A DNA stretch of 64,000 bases from an uncultured Azospirillum sp. (GTDB taxonomy: Bacteria; Pseudomonadota; Alphaproteobacteria; RF32; CAG-239): assembly GCA_900539605.1 (NCBI GenBank), contig UQCS01000002.1:20955-84954 (forward strand), written 5' to 3'. The notes below the pieces were generated by a model. That model was not told where the DNA came from. It was given only the letters and a program-made list of their open reading frames with translations, and did no database searches. Every line of letters begins with the position of its first letter. Position 1 is the first letter of the stretch. The position numbers and the translations under genes are program-made. This document shows, piece after piece, positions 28,598 through 38,934 of the stretch.

Positions 28598-29090
28598 CCT
28601 GACACTCGGCGACGAAAACTGGAGCAGCCGTCTGCCCGATGCCGCCGCTTTATCCGCCGCCGTCTTCGAAAAGGTCATTGCCGAATTGAAACCCGGCTTT
28701 TTGGACGGCAAGCGGGAGGTCTGCATCAATTTGGAACTTGGAAACGATGAGGAAATCCGCTGTCTTAACCGCGAATTTCGCCAGATTGACAAACCGACCA
28801 ACATTCTGTCCTTTGCCAACCTCGACGATGACGATTTTTTTGAGGCGCTGCCGCAAATGGAAGAAGTTGAACTCGGTGATATCATCATTGCGCTGGAGAC
28901 AATGGAAAATCAAAGCCTTGAACAGGAAATCGGTTTTAATGACCATTATGTGCACATTTTGATTCACGGAATTTTGCATCTGCTGGGCTATGACCACATC
29001 GAAGAAGCAGAACGGCTCGAAATGGAAGCTTTGGAAACCCGTCTGCTGCATGGTTTCGGTATTGCCAATCCCTATGAGGAGAAAGCCTGA
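28581..29090 (+). CDS. ybeY: rRNA maturation endoribonuclease YbeY
   Basis: HGILHLLGYDH zinc motif. Start MKTTINL at 28581 overlaps the phoH end by 17 nt. Confidence 0.9.
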   Translation: MKTTINLTLGDENWSSRLPDAAALSAAVFEKVIAELKPGFLDGKREVCINLELGNDEEIRCLNREFRQIDKPTNILSFANLDDDDFFEALPQMEEVELGDIIIALETMENQSLEQEIGFNDHYVHILIHGILHLLGYDHIEEAERLEMEALETRLLHGFGIANPYEEKA

Positions 29091-29092
29091 AA

Positions 29093-29965
29093 ATGAACGA
29101 CACCCCTCACGGTTTGAGCAGTTACTTTAAAAAACTGTTCGCCAGTCACGCCAACAACGAAGACGTGCGCGAAACCATAGAAGACCTGATTGAAGAGGCC
29201 GGTTCGGGTGACGACGGTTTCAGCCCTCATGAACAACAGTTGTTTAACAACTTGCTCTACCTCAAAGACAAAAAGGTCTGCCGGGTAATGATTCCGCGTG
29301 CCGATATCGTCGCCTTTCAGCAAAACGGAACCGTGGAAGAGCTGGCATGGCTGATGGTCGAAAAAGGCCACTCGCGCATTCCGGTTTACGGCGAATCTCT
29401 GGATGATATCACCGGTGTCCTTCATATTATTGACCTCGCCAAGTGCCTGCTGAAGGGAGACGGTAAAATGCCGGTTGCCCAAATTACGGCACCCAACCTC
29501 AAAATTGTTTCGCCGGACAGTCTGGTTCCCGATCTGCTGCAGGAAATGCAGCAGGAAAAGACCCATATGGCGATGGTGATGGACGAATACGGCGGTTTGT
29601 GCGGTCTGATTACAATTGAGGACCTGTTGGAAGAAATCGTCGGCGATATCGAAGATGAATATGACCTGGAACAGGATCCGGTCATTTCCCTTCAGGAAAA
29701 CGGTATCTATGTTGCCGACGCCAAAGCCCCGTTGGAAGATGTCGAAGAAAGGACCGGCATCAGCTTGTTTAAGGATGACTGGGAGGAAGAAGAAAGCAGC
29801 GTCGATACCATCGGGGGCTATGTCTTTCAGTTGGCGCAAAGAATTCCGGGACACGACGAAATTATTGACGGCCCTACCGGAATCCGATTTAAAATTCTGG
29901 AAGCGGATCCCAACCGCATCAAGAAAATCATGATTATCACCGCTCCTTCCGCAACGGGTGAATAA
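29093..29965 (+). CDS. CBS-pair / CorC_HlyC domain protein (CorC/TlyC family)
   Basis: 290 aa with V.DIMIPR-like [37 protein letters not shown]. Conserved position after ybeY. Confidence 0.85.
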   Translation: MNDTPHGLSSYFKKLFASHANNEDVRETIEDLIEEAGSGDDGFSPHEQQLFNNLLYLKDKKVCRVMIPRADIVAFQQNGTVEELAWLMVEKGHSRIPVYGESLDDITGVLHIIDLAKCLLKGDGKMPVAQITAPNLKIVSPDSLVPDLLQEMQQEKTHMAMVMDEYGGLCGLITIEDLLEEIVGDIEDEYDLEQDPVISLQENGIYVADAKAPLEDVEERTGISLFKDDWEEEESSVDTIGGYVFQLAQRIPGHDEIIDGPTGIRFKILEADPNRIKKIMIITAPSATGE

Positions 29966-29966
29966 A

Positions 29967-31499
29967 ATGCCCGGCAAACTGGCACAATACCCCAAAACCA
30001 TCGCATTTGCCCTCGGCTGTCTGTCCGTGGCAGCGTTGCCGCCCTATTACCTGCTCCCGTTTCTGATAATCTCTTTTAGCGGCCTGCTGATTATGCTGGG
30101 CCGCAATTCTTCGGCCAAAAAATCGTTTCTGCTCGGCTACTGGTTCGGTTTTGGCCATTATGCCTGCGGTTTTTTCTGGATTACCAACGCCTTGATGCTC
30201 GACCTGCCGCGCTTAGGCTGGCTGATCCCGCTGGTTTTTGTCGGCAGCGGTGGTTTCTTTGGCTTATTCACCGCTTTCCCGGCTTTGTTTTGCTGCCGTT
30301 TCAAAACCTTTTGGGCCAAGCTGCTGGCCTTTGCCGCGGCATGGACCGTTTTTGAGTGGTTACGAAGTTTTGTTTTGACCGGTTTTCCGTGGAATCTCCT
30401 CGGAACGGTATGGAGTTTCAGCAATGCGGCCATTCAGGCCGCCTCATGCTTCGGAACCTACGGCCTGTCGCTGCTGACCATCTTTGCAGCCGCGGCTCCG
30501 GGGCTTTTATTTTTCAGCCGCAACCGTAAAGCAGCGGTTCTGGCCGTTTCAATTCCGGTTCTTATCTCCGGATTTTTGTTCGGTTACGGAACTTGGCGGC
30601 TCAGTCACTATCCCGATGACCGCTTTTCCGAAATAAAAGTCCGAATTGTCCAACCGGCAATTCCTCAGCAAATGAAATGGCAACCGGAAATGCTTGAACA
30701 AAATTTACAAACATACGTAAATATGTCGCGGCCGGTTGCCAACGATTCCGAGCGGCCGTTCAATCCTGATTTGGTCATTTGGGGCGAAACGGCAACGCCG
30801 TTCGTTCTCCGGCTGGAACCGCAATATCTGGAGATGCTGCTGCCGGCCGTTCCGCCGCAAGGATTTCTGATCACCGGTATCCTCGACTATGATTATGACG
30901 GTGAAAAATGGCGGCCGTTAAATGCCATGCAGGCCTTTGACCGCCGTGGAATTTTCGCTTCTTACGCCAAATCGCATTTGGTTCCGTTCGGCGAATATAT
31001 CCCGCTGCGCCGCTACCTTCCCGACCGCTTAAAACCGGTCACCAACGTCATTGCCGACTTTATGCCGGGAAACGGTGTTGAAACCATAAGACTGCCCGGC
31101 ATCCCGCCGTTCGGCGTCTTAATCTGTTACGAGATCATTTTTCCCGCCGAAGTTGCCGACAACGCCGACCGTCCCCAATGGCTGATCAATCTGACCAACG
31201 ACGGCTGGTACGGCGACAGTGCCGGTCCCCGTCAACATCTGGTTGCAACCCGGATGCGCGCCGTTGAAGAAGGATTGACAATCGTTCGTGCTGCCAACTC
31301 GGGCATCAGTGCCCTGATTTCCAAGACGGGAACTGTCCTCAGACAACTCCCGCTCAATGTTTCCGGCACTTTAGACGTTTATCTGCCTCACTCTTTATCT
31401 ATTGATACTTGGTATAAAAAGTACCACAACTTTCCGGTATTGTTTATTTGCCTTCTTTGCATCGTTTTAGCCGTTGCCTTAAACCGCAAGCACTCTTAA
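29967..31499 (+). CDS. lnt: apolipoprotein N-acyltransferase
   Basis: Multi-TM N-terminal half and a nitrilase-like C-terminal half with VLICYEIIF (catalytic Cys). Alternative GTG start at 29958. Confidence 0.9.
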   Translation: MPGKLAQYPKTIAFALGCLSVAALPPYYLLPFLIISFSGLLIMLGRNSSAKKSFLLGYWFGFGHYACGFFWITNALMLDLPRLGWLIPLVFVGSGGFFGLFTAFPALFCCRFKTFWAKLLAFAAAWTVFEWLRSFVLTGFPWNLLGTVWSFSNAAIQAASCFGTYGLSLLTIFAAAAPGLLFFSRNRKAAVLAVSIPVLISGFLFGYGTWRLSHYPDDRFSEIKVRIVQPAIPQQMKWQPEMLEQNLQTYVNMSRPVANDSERPFNPDLVIWGETATPFVLRLEPQYLEMLLPAVPPQGFLITGILDYDYDGEKWRPLNAMQAFDRRGIFASYAKSHLVPFGEYIPLRRYLPDRLKPVTNVIADFMPGNGVETIRLPGIPPFGVLICYEIIFPAEVADNADRPQWLINLTNDGWYGDSAGPRQHLVATRMRAVEEGLTIVRAANSGISALISKTGTVLRQLPLNVSGTLDVYLPHSLSIDTWYKKYHNFPVLFICLLCIVLAVALNRKHS

Positions 31500-31613
31500 T
31501 CAGTTGTTTTTATAAAGAAATATAAGGGCCCCTTCGGCCCATCTAATTGTCTATATAATGACATTAACCACTAAAAATTGCAATATGTGGATAGACTTTT
31601 GTGGAGCTATACG

Positions 31614-32123
31614 ATGAACATGACTAAATCAAAGAAAGCCAGCCGCGGCCGGACGCCTAACGGACAACCAAATCCGATTGATGTCCATGTCGGCAACCGC
31701 ATCCGGTTACGCCGGACTTTGCTCGGATATTCTCAAGAAAAATTAGCCTCTTTGCTGGGACTCACATTTCAACAGGTTCAGAAATATGAGCGCGGGAACA
31801 ACCGCGTCGGTGCAAGCCGTTTGTGGGATATCGGCAACGTACTGAATGTGCCAATCAACTTCTTTTACGAAGATATGGATAAGGAAGTTGCCCAACAAAG
31901 TCCGCGTGTTTTCAGTTCTCCCGAAACCGCAATGTGTTTTGAAGAGAACTATCAGGAAATTGATATGGACCCGATGAAGCGTCAGGAAACGCTGGAACTG
32001 GTCAAAGCTTATTACCGCATCCCCAACCGCAAAGCGGCAAGACATCTTTTTGATCTGATCATTACCATGTCAAAAACCACTTTCAACCGGGATGACGACG
32101 AGAACGAAGACGAAGAAGAATAA
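31614..32123 (+). CDS. XRE-family helix-turn-helix regulator with acidic C-terminal tail
   Basis: HVGNRIRLRRTLLGYSQEKLASLLGLTFQQVQKYERGNNRV is a Cro/C1-type HTH. GGAG precedes the ATG at 31614. Confidence 0.85.
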   Translation: MNMTKSKKASRGRTPNGQPNPIDVHVGNRIRLRRTLLGYSQEKLASLLGLTFQQVQKYERGNNRVGASRLWDIGNVLNVPINFFYEDMDKEVAQQSPRVFSSPETAMCFEENYQEIDMDPMKRQETLELVKAYYRIPNRKAARHLFDLIITMSKTTFNRDDDENEDEEE

Positions 32124-32146
32124 TAAATCAAAATACACACATCTTT

Positions 32147-32182
32147 AAAAAAAAGCTGGCATTTTGAACGCCGGCTTTTTAT
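32147..32182 (+). terminator. rho-independent terminator after the XRE gene
   Basis: AAAAGCTGGC...GCCGGCTTTTT hairpin followed by a T-run. Confidence 0.6.
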
Positions 32183-32224
32183 TATGCGCAAAAAAGATAT
32201 TACAACAAACACGAAAGAATCACG

Positions 32225-33367
32225 ATGAGCTACCTTTTTACCAGTGAAGCCGTTTCGGCCGGGCATCCTGACAAAATCTGCGATCAGATTTCCGACACCT
32301 TGCTCGATTTGCATCTGCAGGCAGACCCTTGCGCCCATACGGCTATTGAAACCATGGCCACTACTAACCGGGTAATCATTGCCGGCGAGACACTGAGCAG
32401 CACCCCGGTTAATTCTGAGATTGTGGAAGAAGCAGTCCGTACCTTAATTAAAAAAATCGGATATGATCAACCCGGATTCAGTTATAAAAACCTGCAAATC
32501 GATAACCTTCTTCATTGCCAATCCGCGGACATTGCCAACGGCATCAAAGATTGCGGCGCCGGAGATCAGGGAATTATGTTTGGCTATGCCAAAAAAGAAA
32601 TAGGTTTTGAAACCTGTTATATGCCGATGGCCATTTATCTGGCCAACCTGTTGCTGACCAACTTGCGTCAGGCAGCCTTGCCGGGACTGGAACCCGATGC
32701 CAAATCGCAGGTCACTCTTGAATATGACGATCAAAACCGGGTTTATAGAGTTGGTTCGGTTGTTTTATCCACCCAGCATAGTGAGCATTTGTCTCTGGAC
32801 GAAGTTCGGGAACTGGTTTTGCCGATCATCCGCCGCAGTATTCCGGAAGCGCTTTTTTCCGATGATACTCGGCTGCTGATCAATCCGGCCGGACGTTTTG
32901 TCATCGGCGGTCCTGATGGTGACTGCGGCCTTACCGGACGTAAAATTGTCGCCGATACCTACGGCGGTTACGCACCTCACGGCGGCGGAGCTTTTTCGGG
33001 AAAGGATCCCAGCAAGGTTGACCGGTCGGCAGCTTACATGATGCGCTATTTGGCAAAAAATATTGTCGCTTCCGGAATTGCCGACGAGTGTCTGTTGCAG
33101 GTTTCCTACGCCATCGGCAAAAAAGAACCGCTGTCATTGTATATCGACTGTAAAGGAACTGCCAAAGTTGACGAACAAAAGATTTTGCAAAAAATCTCCG
33201 AGTTGGCCGACTTGACGCCGGCCGGCATTATCCGCCATCTCCGGCTTTGCCGTCCGATCTACGCACCTTCTGCCGCTTATGGGCATTTTGGACGTCTTCC
33301 GGGCAAAAACGGAGAATTTTCATGGGAAGAAACCGATTTAAGCAAGGAACTTGCCTCATGTTTTTAG
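32225..33367 (+). CDS. metK: S-adenosylmethionine synthetase
   Basis: FTSEAVSAGHPDKICDQISD, GAGDQGIMFGYA, GGGAFSGKDPSKVDRSAAY. Confidence 0.97.
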   Translation: MSYLFTSEAVSAGHPDKICDQISDTLLDLHLQADPCAHTAIETMATTNRVIIAGETLSSTPVNSEIVEEAVRTLIKKIGYDQPGFSYKNLQIDNLLHCQSADIANGIKDCGAGDQGIMFGYAKKEIGFETCYMPMAIYLANLLLTNLRQAALPGLEPDAKSQVTLEYDDQNRVYRVGSVVLSTQHSEHLSLDEVRELVLPIIRRSIPEALFSDDTRLLINPAGRFVIGGPDGDCGLTGRKIVADTYGGYAPHGGGAFSGKDPSKVDRSAAYMMRYLAKNIVASGIADECLLQVSYAIGKKEPLSLYIDCKGTAKVDEQKILQKISELADLTPAGIIRHLRLCRPIYAPSAAYGHFGRLPGKNGEFSWEETDLSKELASCF

Positions 33368-34071
33368 ACGACAAACCTCAATTCTTCGGTCGCCGTAAAG
33401 GCCGCCGCATCCGCAAGGCCAAAACCGCATTGTTGGAAAACTTTTTGCCGCAGGTAGCTCTCAATCCCCGACAACCGTTGCAATTCGGCACCGAAGTCCG
33501 TCAGATTTGTTTGGAAATCGGCTTCGGCGACGGCGCGCATTTGGCAGGAATTGCGGCAGCCAACCCAAATACCGGTTATATCGGTGCCGAAGTTTTTCAA
33601 AACGGAGTTGCCAACCTCCTCAGTTTGCTGACCGGCATCAAAGAAGGGGCAGAAATCGGCGACAAAATTAATCTGCTTCCCGGGCACACCGACAACATTC
33701 GCGTATACAGTGACGACATTCGGCTGTTATTTCCGCTGTTGCCAGCCCGATCACTGGATAAAGTGTTTTTATTGTTTCCCGATCCGTGGCCCAAAAAACG
33801 CCACGAAAGCCGCCGTTTTGTTAATCCAGATAATTTGAAGCAACTGGCACGGATTTTAAAAAAAGGCGGAATTCTGCAAATTGCTACCGACCATCCGGTT
33901 TACAAATCCTGGGTGCTGAAACAACTCGGACGACATCCCGATTTTCGTTGGACCGCCACCTGCGGCAACGACTGGAAACATCAGCCGGCAGACTGGGTCG
34001 AAACCAAATATCAGCGCAAAGCCATCCGTGAAGGACGCCGTCCCGTCTTTTTCGAATTTGAGCGTCGATAA
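33358..34071 (+). CDS. trmB: tRNA (guanine46-N7)-methyltransferase
   Basis: EIGFGDG and FPDPWPKKRH motifs. ATG at 33358 overlaps the metK end by 10 nt. Confidence 0.9.
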   Translation: MFLDDKPQFFGRRKGRRIRKAKTALLENFLPQVALNPRQPLQFGTEVRQICLEIGFGDGAHLAGIAAANPNTGYIGAEVFQNGVANLLSLLTGIKEGAEIGDKINLLPGHTDNIRVYSDDIRLLFPLLPARSLDKVFLLFPDPWPKKRHESRRFVNPDNLKQLARILKKGGILQIATDHPVYKSWVLKQLGRHPDFRWTATCGNDWKHQPADWVETKYQRKAIREGRRPVFFEFERR

Positions 34072-34089
34072 CAAATACTCCGTAAGGAT

Positions 34090-34620
34090 TTAGACCAAAC
34101 GCGGTTTGCAGCCGCAATAATCCTGGGAATACAGTCCAAGCTGTTTGATCAGGGTCTGTCGTCGTTCCTGCATGCCGCCTTTACGTCCTTCTACGGCCAC
34201 ATAAGCTACGCCGGTTTCCGCCGAAGCTTTGGCTGCCGCCCGGTTGACCTGTTCCAAATTTTTATAGCGGGAAACAGCGAGGACAGAAGCAACGGCATCA
34301 AATCCGCCGGTTTTGGCATATTCCATCGCCCGCTTCAAACGCATATAAAAACAAATATCACACCGGCGCCCGCGTTCGGGTTCGTTTTCCAGTCCTTTGA
34401 TCAGCGAACACCAGCGAAGATTATCGTACTCAAGTTCAATAAACGGCACCTGCCATTGCCGGCACAGACGACGGTTCTCTTCTTTTCTCTTTTCATATTC
34501 CGCTGCCGGAACAATATTAGGATTGTAAAAAAGCACCGAAAAATCGGCACCTTCCAGCGCCATTTTCTCAATCACGGCACAAGAACAAGGCGCACAGCAT
34601 GACAAAAGCAAAATTTTCAT
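34090..34620 (-). CDS. queH: epoxyqueuosine reductase QueH (DUF208)
   Basis: MKILLLSCCAPCS N-terminus and C-terminal DYCGC motif, 176 aa. Confidence 0.85.
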   Translation of the reverse strand: MKILLLSCCAPCSCAVIEKMALEGADFSVLFYNPNIVPAAEYEKRKEENRRLCRQWQVPFIELEYDNLRWCSLIKGLENEPERGRRCDICFYMRLKRAMEYAKTGGFDAVASVLAVSRYKNLEQVNRAAAKASAETGVAYVAVEGRKGGMQERRQTLIKQLGLYSQDYCGCKPRLV

Positions 34621-34659
34621 CTCTTTATCTCAACATTTTTGTCTTTTATAGCATAAATA

Positions 34660-34704
34660 CTTTAAAAAGCAAGAAGCCCGGGCATGAGGGCACGGGCTTC
34701 TTGC
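34660..34704 (-). terminator. rho-independent terminator after the macro-domain gene
   Basis: 12-bp stem GCAAGAAGCCCG/CGGGCTTCTTGC, followed by TTTTT on the minus strand. Confidence 0.65.
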
Positions 34705-34729
34705 ATTAAAACTTTAACAGTCAGGGGGA

Positions 34730-35365
34730 TCAGTCGGCTTTTCGCATCAGCTTGTCACGGTTTATCTGATACCAGGTATCCAGCTCCCGATTGAGATAAG
34801 CGGAATATTCCTTCGTTTCCATGACCTGGTTAAAGGCGGCAAGAGCATTGTCGCTTTTAAACACACAGATGCTGACTTTTTTCAGACACCCTTGAGCATG
34901 CTCCTGATAGCTTTCGATTGCCGAAAGCATTGCTTTGGCCGATTTTTTGAAACCGAGAGCTCCGCTTTTTCCGGTCCCGAGGGCAGAAACAGCGATTGAC
35001 GAAAGCCCCTGCTTTTCTGCTTCTGCCAAGGCCGAGAAAGTCGCCAGTTGAACCATATTGAAAGCTTCAGCTTCCGGAACGCCAAGCAAAGAGACGTTGA
35101 TCAGTTTGACACCTTTGTGGCCTTTGGTCGTCAGCGCATATCCGAAAGGGAGGCGCATTTGACGGGCGGCAATTGCATAATCGAGGAGGCCGCGATAATG
35201 GCCGCCGTGAGATACGATTCCGGCAACACCGGTCAGACACATATTGTCGGAGAACTGCGGAACGACAATACCTTTGGCTCCCAGAGCAAGGATATTACAC
35301 TTCCTGACTTTTACATCAATTTTGTTCATAAGCAAAATGATTAAGTTAATAATTGAAAATCGCAT
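34730..35365 (-). CDS. macro-domain (ADP-ribose binding/hydrolase-like) protein
   Basis: ILALGAKGIVVP...GVAGIV..GG...SIAVSALGTGKSG pattern resembles Macro/Appr-1-p processing domains. Alternative start at 35329 (MNKIDVKV). Neither start has a clear SD. Confidence 0.55.
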   Translation of the reverse strand: MRFSIINLIILLMNKIDVKVRKCNILALGAKGIVVPQFSDNMCLTGVAGIVSHGGHYRGLLDYAIAARQMRLPFGYALTTKGHKGVKLINVSLLGVPEAEAFNMVQLATFSALAEAEKQGLSSIAVSALGTGKSGALGFKKSAKAMLSAIESYQEHAQGCLKKVSICVFKSDNALAAFNQVMETKEYSAYLNRELDTWYQINRDKLMRKAD

Positions 35366-35527
35366 TTAACATAGGCGGTCGTCATAATTTTGTCAAATAT
35401 TTTTTAACAAAAACATTCAATTTGCCCCAGAATATCGGTAGTTTTGACGACGGTTGCAGAAAACTCTTGATTCCTGACTCCGAACCGATCATAATCAACA
35501 AAAATCGCAAGCAAAGGACCAAACAAA

Positions 35528-36598
35528 ATGAAGATTCTTGTCGGATTGAGCGGTGGTGTCGATTCCGCAGCCGCCGCTTATCTGCTAAAAAAAGCCGGAC
35601 ACGAGGTGATCGGCGCAACCATGTCGATCTGGGACAAAAACACCAATTTCCGCAGCAACGGCGCCGCCGATTCATGCTTCAGCCCTCACGAAGAAAAAGA
35701 TATTGACTCAGCCCGCAAAATCTGCCGCGAACTGGACATCCCCTATTATGTGTTTGACTGTGCCGAAGAATACAAACGAATTGTGCTGCACAATTTCAAA
35801 GAAGAATATACGGCCGGAAGAACACCCAATCCCTGTATCTGGTGCAACGCCACCATCAAATTTGACGCTCTTCCCGCCACCGCCCGCAAAGCCGGCTTGG
35901 AATTCAACAAATTTGCCACCGGCCACTACGCCCGTCTCGGCTATGATGCCGCAACCGGACGTTATCAGATCAGCCGCGGCATTGATCCCAAAAAAGATCA
36001 GTCCTATTTTCTGTATCGCCTCCGTCAGGAGCAACTGAGCCGCATTATGCTGCCGTTGGGCGGTTACCAAAAATCCGAAGTTCGCGAGTTTGCCCGTTTG
36101 GCTGGGTTGGAAGTATGTGACAAGCCCGACAGTCAGGACTTTTATTCCGGCAATATCAATGACATTTTGCAAAAAGCCCCCGAACCGGGTAATTTTGTCG
36201 ACAAAGAAGGCAAAATTCTGGGGCAGCATCAGGGAATTTGGAATTATACCATCGGCCAGCGCCGCGGAATGGGGATCGCTGCCGAGCGTCCGCTCTATGT
36301 TATCGCCATCCGCCCCGAACGCCGCGAAGTCGTCCTCGGATATGATGATGATACCCTTCGACAAAAACTGTATTGTCAAAATCTGAGCTGGCTTTCCATT
36401 TCAGGCATCACTTCTCCGCGGCGACTCACCGTCAAAATCCGTTCTTCACAAACTCCGGTGGCCGCGCATCTTACGCCGATCTCCCCCGACCGTGCGGAAA
36501 TATGTTTTGACGATTTGCAAAAAGCCGTCGCTCCCGGACAATCGGCCGTTTTCTACGATGACGATTTACTGCTGGGCGGCGGTATCATTTGCCCTTAA
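35528..36598 (+). CDS. mnmA: tRNA 2-thiouridine(34) synthase
   Basis: MKILVGLSGGVDSA PP-loop, NPCIWCN, KDQSYFL. Confidence 0.93.
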   Translation: MKILVGLSGGVDSAAAAYLLKKAGHEVIGATMSIWDKNTNFRSNGAADSCFSPHEEKDIDSARKICRELDIPYYVFDCAEEYKRIVLHNFKEEYTAGRTPNPCIWCNATIKFDALPATARKAGLEFNKFATGHYARLGYDAATGRYQISRGIDPKKDQSYFLYRLRQEQLSRIMLPLGGYQKSEVREFARLAGLEVCDKPDSQDFYSGNINDILQKAPEPGNFVDKEGKILGQHQGIWNYTIGQRRGMGIAAERPLYVIAIRPERREVVLGYDDDTLRQKLYCQNLSWLSISGITSPRRLTVKIRSSQTPVAAHLTPISPDRAEICFDDLQKAVAPGQSAVFYDDDLLLGGGIICP

Positions 36599-38128
36599 CA
36601 GCTTGTAAAAATCTCCGATGGTTATCAGCTGCGGCAGCAAGACATAACCGCCATCGCCGTTATAGTATACATATAACGGAATGCTGCTGCGTCCGAATTT
36701 TGCCAGTGCCCGCGCAATTTCCGAGCTGCGGTTGCTCCAGTCGGCCTTGAACAGTTTGATCCGGTGTTCTTTAACCAACTGTGCAAATTCGCCGGTTGAA
36801 AAAACGGCATTTTCATTAACCAGACAGGTAATGCACCATTTGGCGGTAAAATTGATCAAAACTTTATCACCGTTTTGCAGCGCCTGTTCCACTTTTTGCG
36901 GCTGATAAGGCTGCCATTGCGAACGTCCGGTGTCGGTATCTCCCCAAAGAACCCATAACAGCCATCCGCAGGTCGCCAGCATCGGTAAGGCAAACAATTT
37001 TTTTAGCATTTCCATCCATTTGCCGGGACGCGGCAAAACTCTTTGCAAAAAACGCGGATAAATACCGGCCAGAAAAAACGGCAGCGCGTAACCGGCACCC
37101 AGAGACAAAAACACCGGATAATAAAAATATCCCGGACGTTCGGTCGTCAGTGCCCAGCCGACGGCAGCCCCCATAAACGGCGCCGTACACGGACTGGCGA
37201 TCAGCACCGCCAGAAAACCGGTCATAAACGATCCCGCAGGCAAATATTTCAAACTCCAATTCACCCGGATGACATTCAAAAACATCAGTGCCAGCAGCAA
37301 AAACACGACTGCCATTACGGCAACAAAATACGGCGACTGCAACTGAAAGCCCCACCCGATATCGGCACCATGATGCCGAAGCCAGGCCAACAACGCCGCC
37401 ATCAGCACAAAACAGGACAAAACGCCGCCGAGATATTGAAAGGCTTCGGTAACATTGCGGCGTTTGCTTTTCTGGCCGGCAATCGACATAATTTTAATGA
37501 ATAAAATCGGAAAAACGCAAGGCATAAAATTGAGTACAATTCCGCCGCCGAATGCCAACAGCAGGATGCTGAGCCATCCGCTTTCCGTTTCTGCAGGCAG
37601 CGTTTTCGGTTCGGACATCGGTAAACGGTAAAAAGCTTCCGACATCGGTACCGCCGGAACTGTCCCTCCCTGTGGCGGCATGAGATGGGCAAACACTTCC
37701 GGGGTCAATTTAAAAATCAGACTTTCCGGGACACATTCCCCCTTGCAGGCCATCCACGAAATTTCAAGGTCGGGCATTTCCCCGGCCGCTTTTCCCAGCA
37801 TGGCGGTATACCATGCCGGTTTGCGGTAAACATTAAGCCCGAACCCTTCGTAAATAACGTCTTCGCCTTCGCTCCACTGTTCGGATACCAGACGATGATC
37901 ATAAAGATTCCACTTAACATCAGTCGGCAAACCGACGTCGCCCGGCTGATGAGAATAGATCTGCCAACCGTTTTGAGGTTCGATTTTCAGCCGCACTTCA
38001 ATCCGGTCTTCTTTTTCGACCGCCGACACTTCAACCGAATTCCTTAACGTCTGTTTTTTCACCGCGGCGCCTGCCTCTGCGGAAAACACTGTTGCCAGTA
38101 CCGTAAGCAGGATAAAGAAGACTTTCAT
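36566..38128 (-). CDS. dsbD: thiol:disulfide interchange protein DsbD-like
   Basis: Signal peptide, N-terminal periplasmic domain (MACKGECVPE), central DsbD TM core (PCVFPIL, SPCTAPF), C-terminal thioredoxin WCITC. Its 3' end overlaps the mnmA 3' end by 33 nt. Confidence 0.85.
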   Translation of the reverse strand: MKVFFILLTVLATVFSAEAGAAVKKQTLRNSVEVSAVEKEDRIEVRLKIEPQNGWQIYSHQPGDVGLPTDVKWNLYDHRLVSEQWSEGEDVIYEGFGLNVYRKPAWYTAMLGKAAGEMPDLEISWMACKGECVPESLIFKLTPEVFAHLMPPQGGTVPAVPMSEAFYRLPMSEPKTLPAETESGWLSILLLAFGGGIVLNFMPCVFPILFIKIMSIAGQKSKRRNVTEAFQYLGGVLSCFVLMAALLAWLRHHGADIGWGFQLQSPYFVAVMAVVFLLLALMFLNVIRVNWSLKYLPAGSFMTGFLAVLIASPCTAPFMGAAVGWALTTERPGYFYYPVFLSLGAGYALPFFLAGIYPRFLQRVLPRPGKWMEMLKKLFALPMLATCGWLLWVLWGDTDTGRSQWQPYQPQKVEQALQNGDKVLINFTAKWCITCLVNENAVFSTGEFAQLVKEHRIKLFKADWSNRSSEIARALAKFGRSSIPLYVYYNGDGGYVLLPQLITIGDFYKLLRANDTAAQQ

Positions 38129-38845
38129 TTATTTTCCTTTACGGTAGGGAACAATCACAAAACTGTAATAAGCGGCCACAATGACACTGAAGGCTTTTAC
38201 CAGCGAAAAAACGCCCAAAACAATCCCCATCACCGGAAACCATCCGGGAAACAAGCATAATACCACTAAGGCGAACAGCGTTTCCGACCCCTGAGCCAAA
38301 CCGCCGAGATAAAAAGGCGAATGATCGAGATTAAGCTGGTGCCCGGCATGATTTTTGTAGGCGATGACCGAATAAGCCAGCATTGCACAAGCCGCCGCAG
38401 CAAAGCCAAACAGCATACAAGCCGCCGCAACGCCGTTAGCCGCCGGGTTGGCTAAAGCAAAAGCAAAAATAACCCCACCGTAAAAAATATAATCCAACGT
38501 AGCATCAAGGAATACCCCGAAATCGGTCACTTTGGTCGAACGGGCAATGGCGCCGTCCAAACCGTCGGACAACCGGTTGAGCAAAATGGCAAGCAATGCC
38601 CATCCGTACATTTCCATCGCAATAAAGTTAACGGCAAAAATTCCGATTACAAAACCGGTCCAGCTGACAACGTTGGCAGAAATGCCGATCTGCCCGAGGT
38701 AAGTTCCGGCAATATTGATTTTATTATAGGCTTGTGCATAGATTTTTTGCGAAAGCCGGCTTATATACAGACAAGTATCTTTCACCCGGATGCGAGACCA
38801 AATATCTTGTACTTTTTTCTTGAGAATTTCAAAATATTCTTTCAT
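38129..38845 (-). CDS. CDP-alcohol phosphatidyltransferase family protein
   Basis: Motif DGLDGAIAR(x8)G(x3)D(x3)D, seen as SDGLDGAIARSTKVTDFGVFLDATLD. Multi-TM. Its stop codon directly abuts the dsbD ATG. Confidence 0.85.
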   Translation of the reverse strand: MKEYFEILKKKVQDIWSRIRVKDTCLYISRLSQKIYAQAYNKINIAGTYLGQIGISANVVSWTGFVIGIFAVNFIAMEMYGWALLAILLNRLSDGLDGAIARSTKVTDFGVFLDATLDYIFYGGVIFAFALANPAANGVAAACMLFGFAAAACAMLAYSVIAYKNHAGHQLNLDHSPFYLGGLAQGSETLFALVVLCLFPGWFPVMGIVLGVFSLVKAFSVIVAAYYSFVIVPYRKGK

Positions 38846-38934
38846 AATAAGCTGCCTTTCCAATCAAACGGTTTCTAATAAGAACGAGATAGCACAAAAA
38901 GGTGAAATAATTACTAATTTCAGGTGTAAAACAT

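Noticed and set aside
32124-32224. SAM riboswitch upstream of metK
   Set aside because: The interval holds only the XRE gene terminator and about 40 nt of leader. That is too short, and it lacks the conserved helices of the SAM-II, SAM-V or SAM/SAH elements as I remember them.
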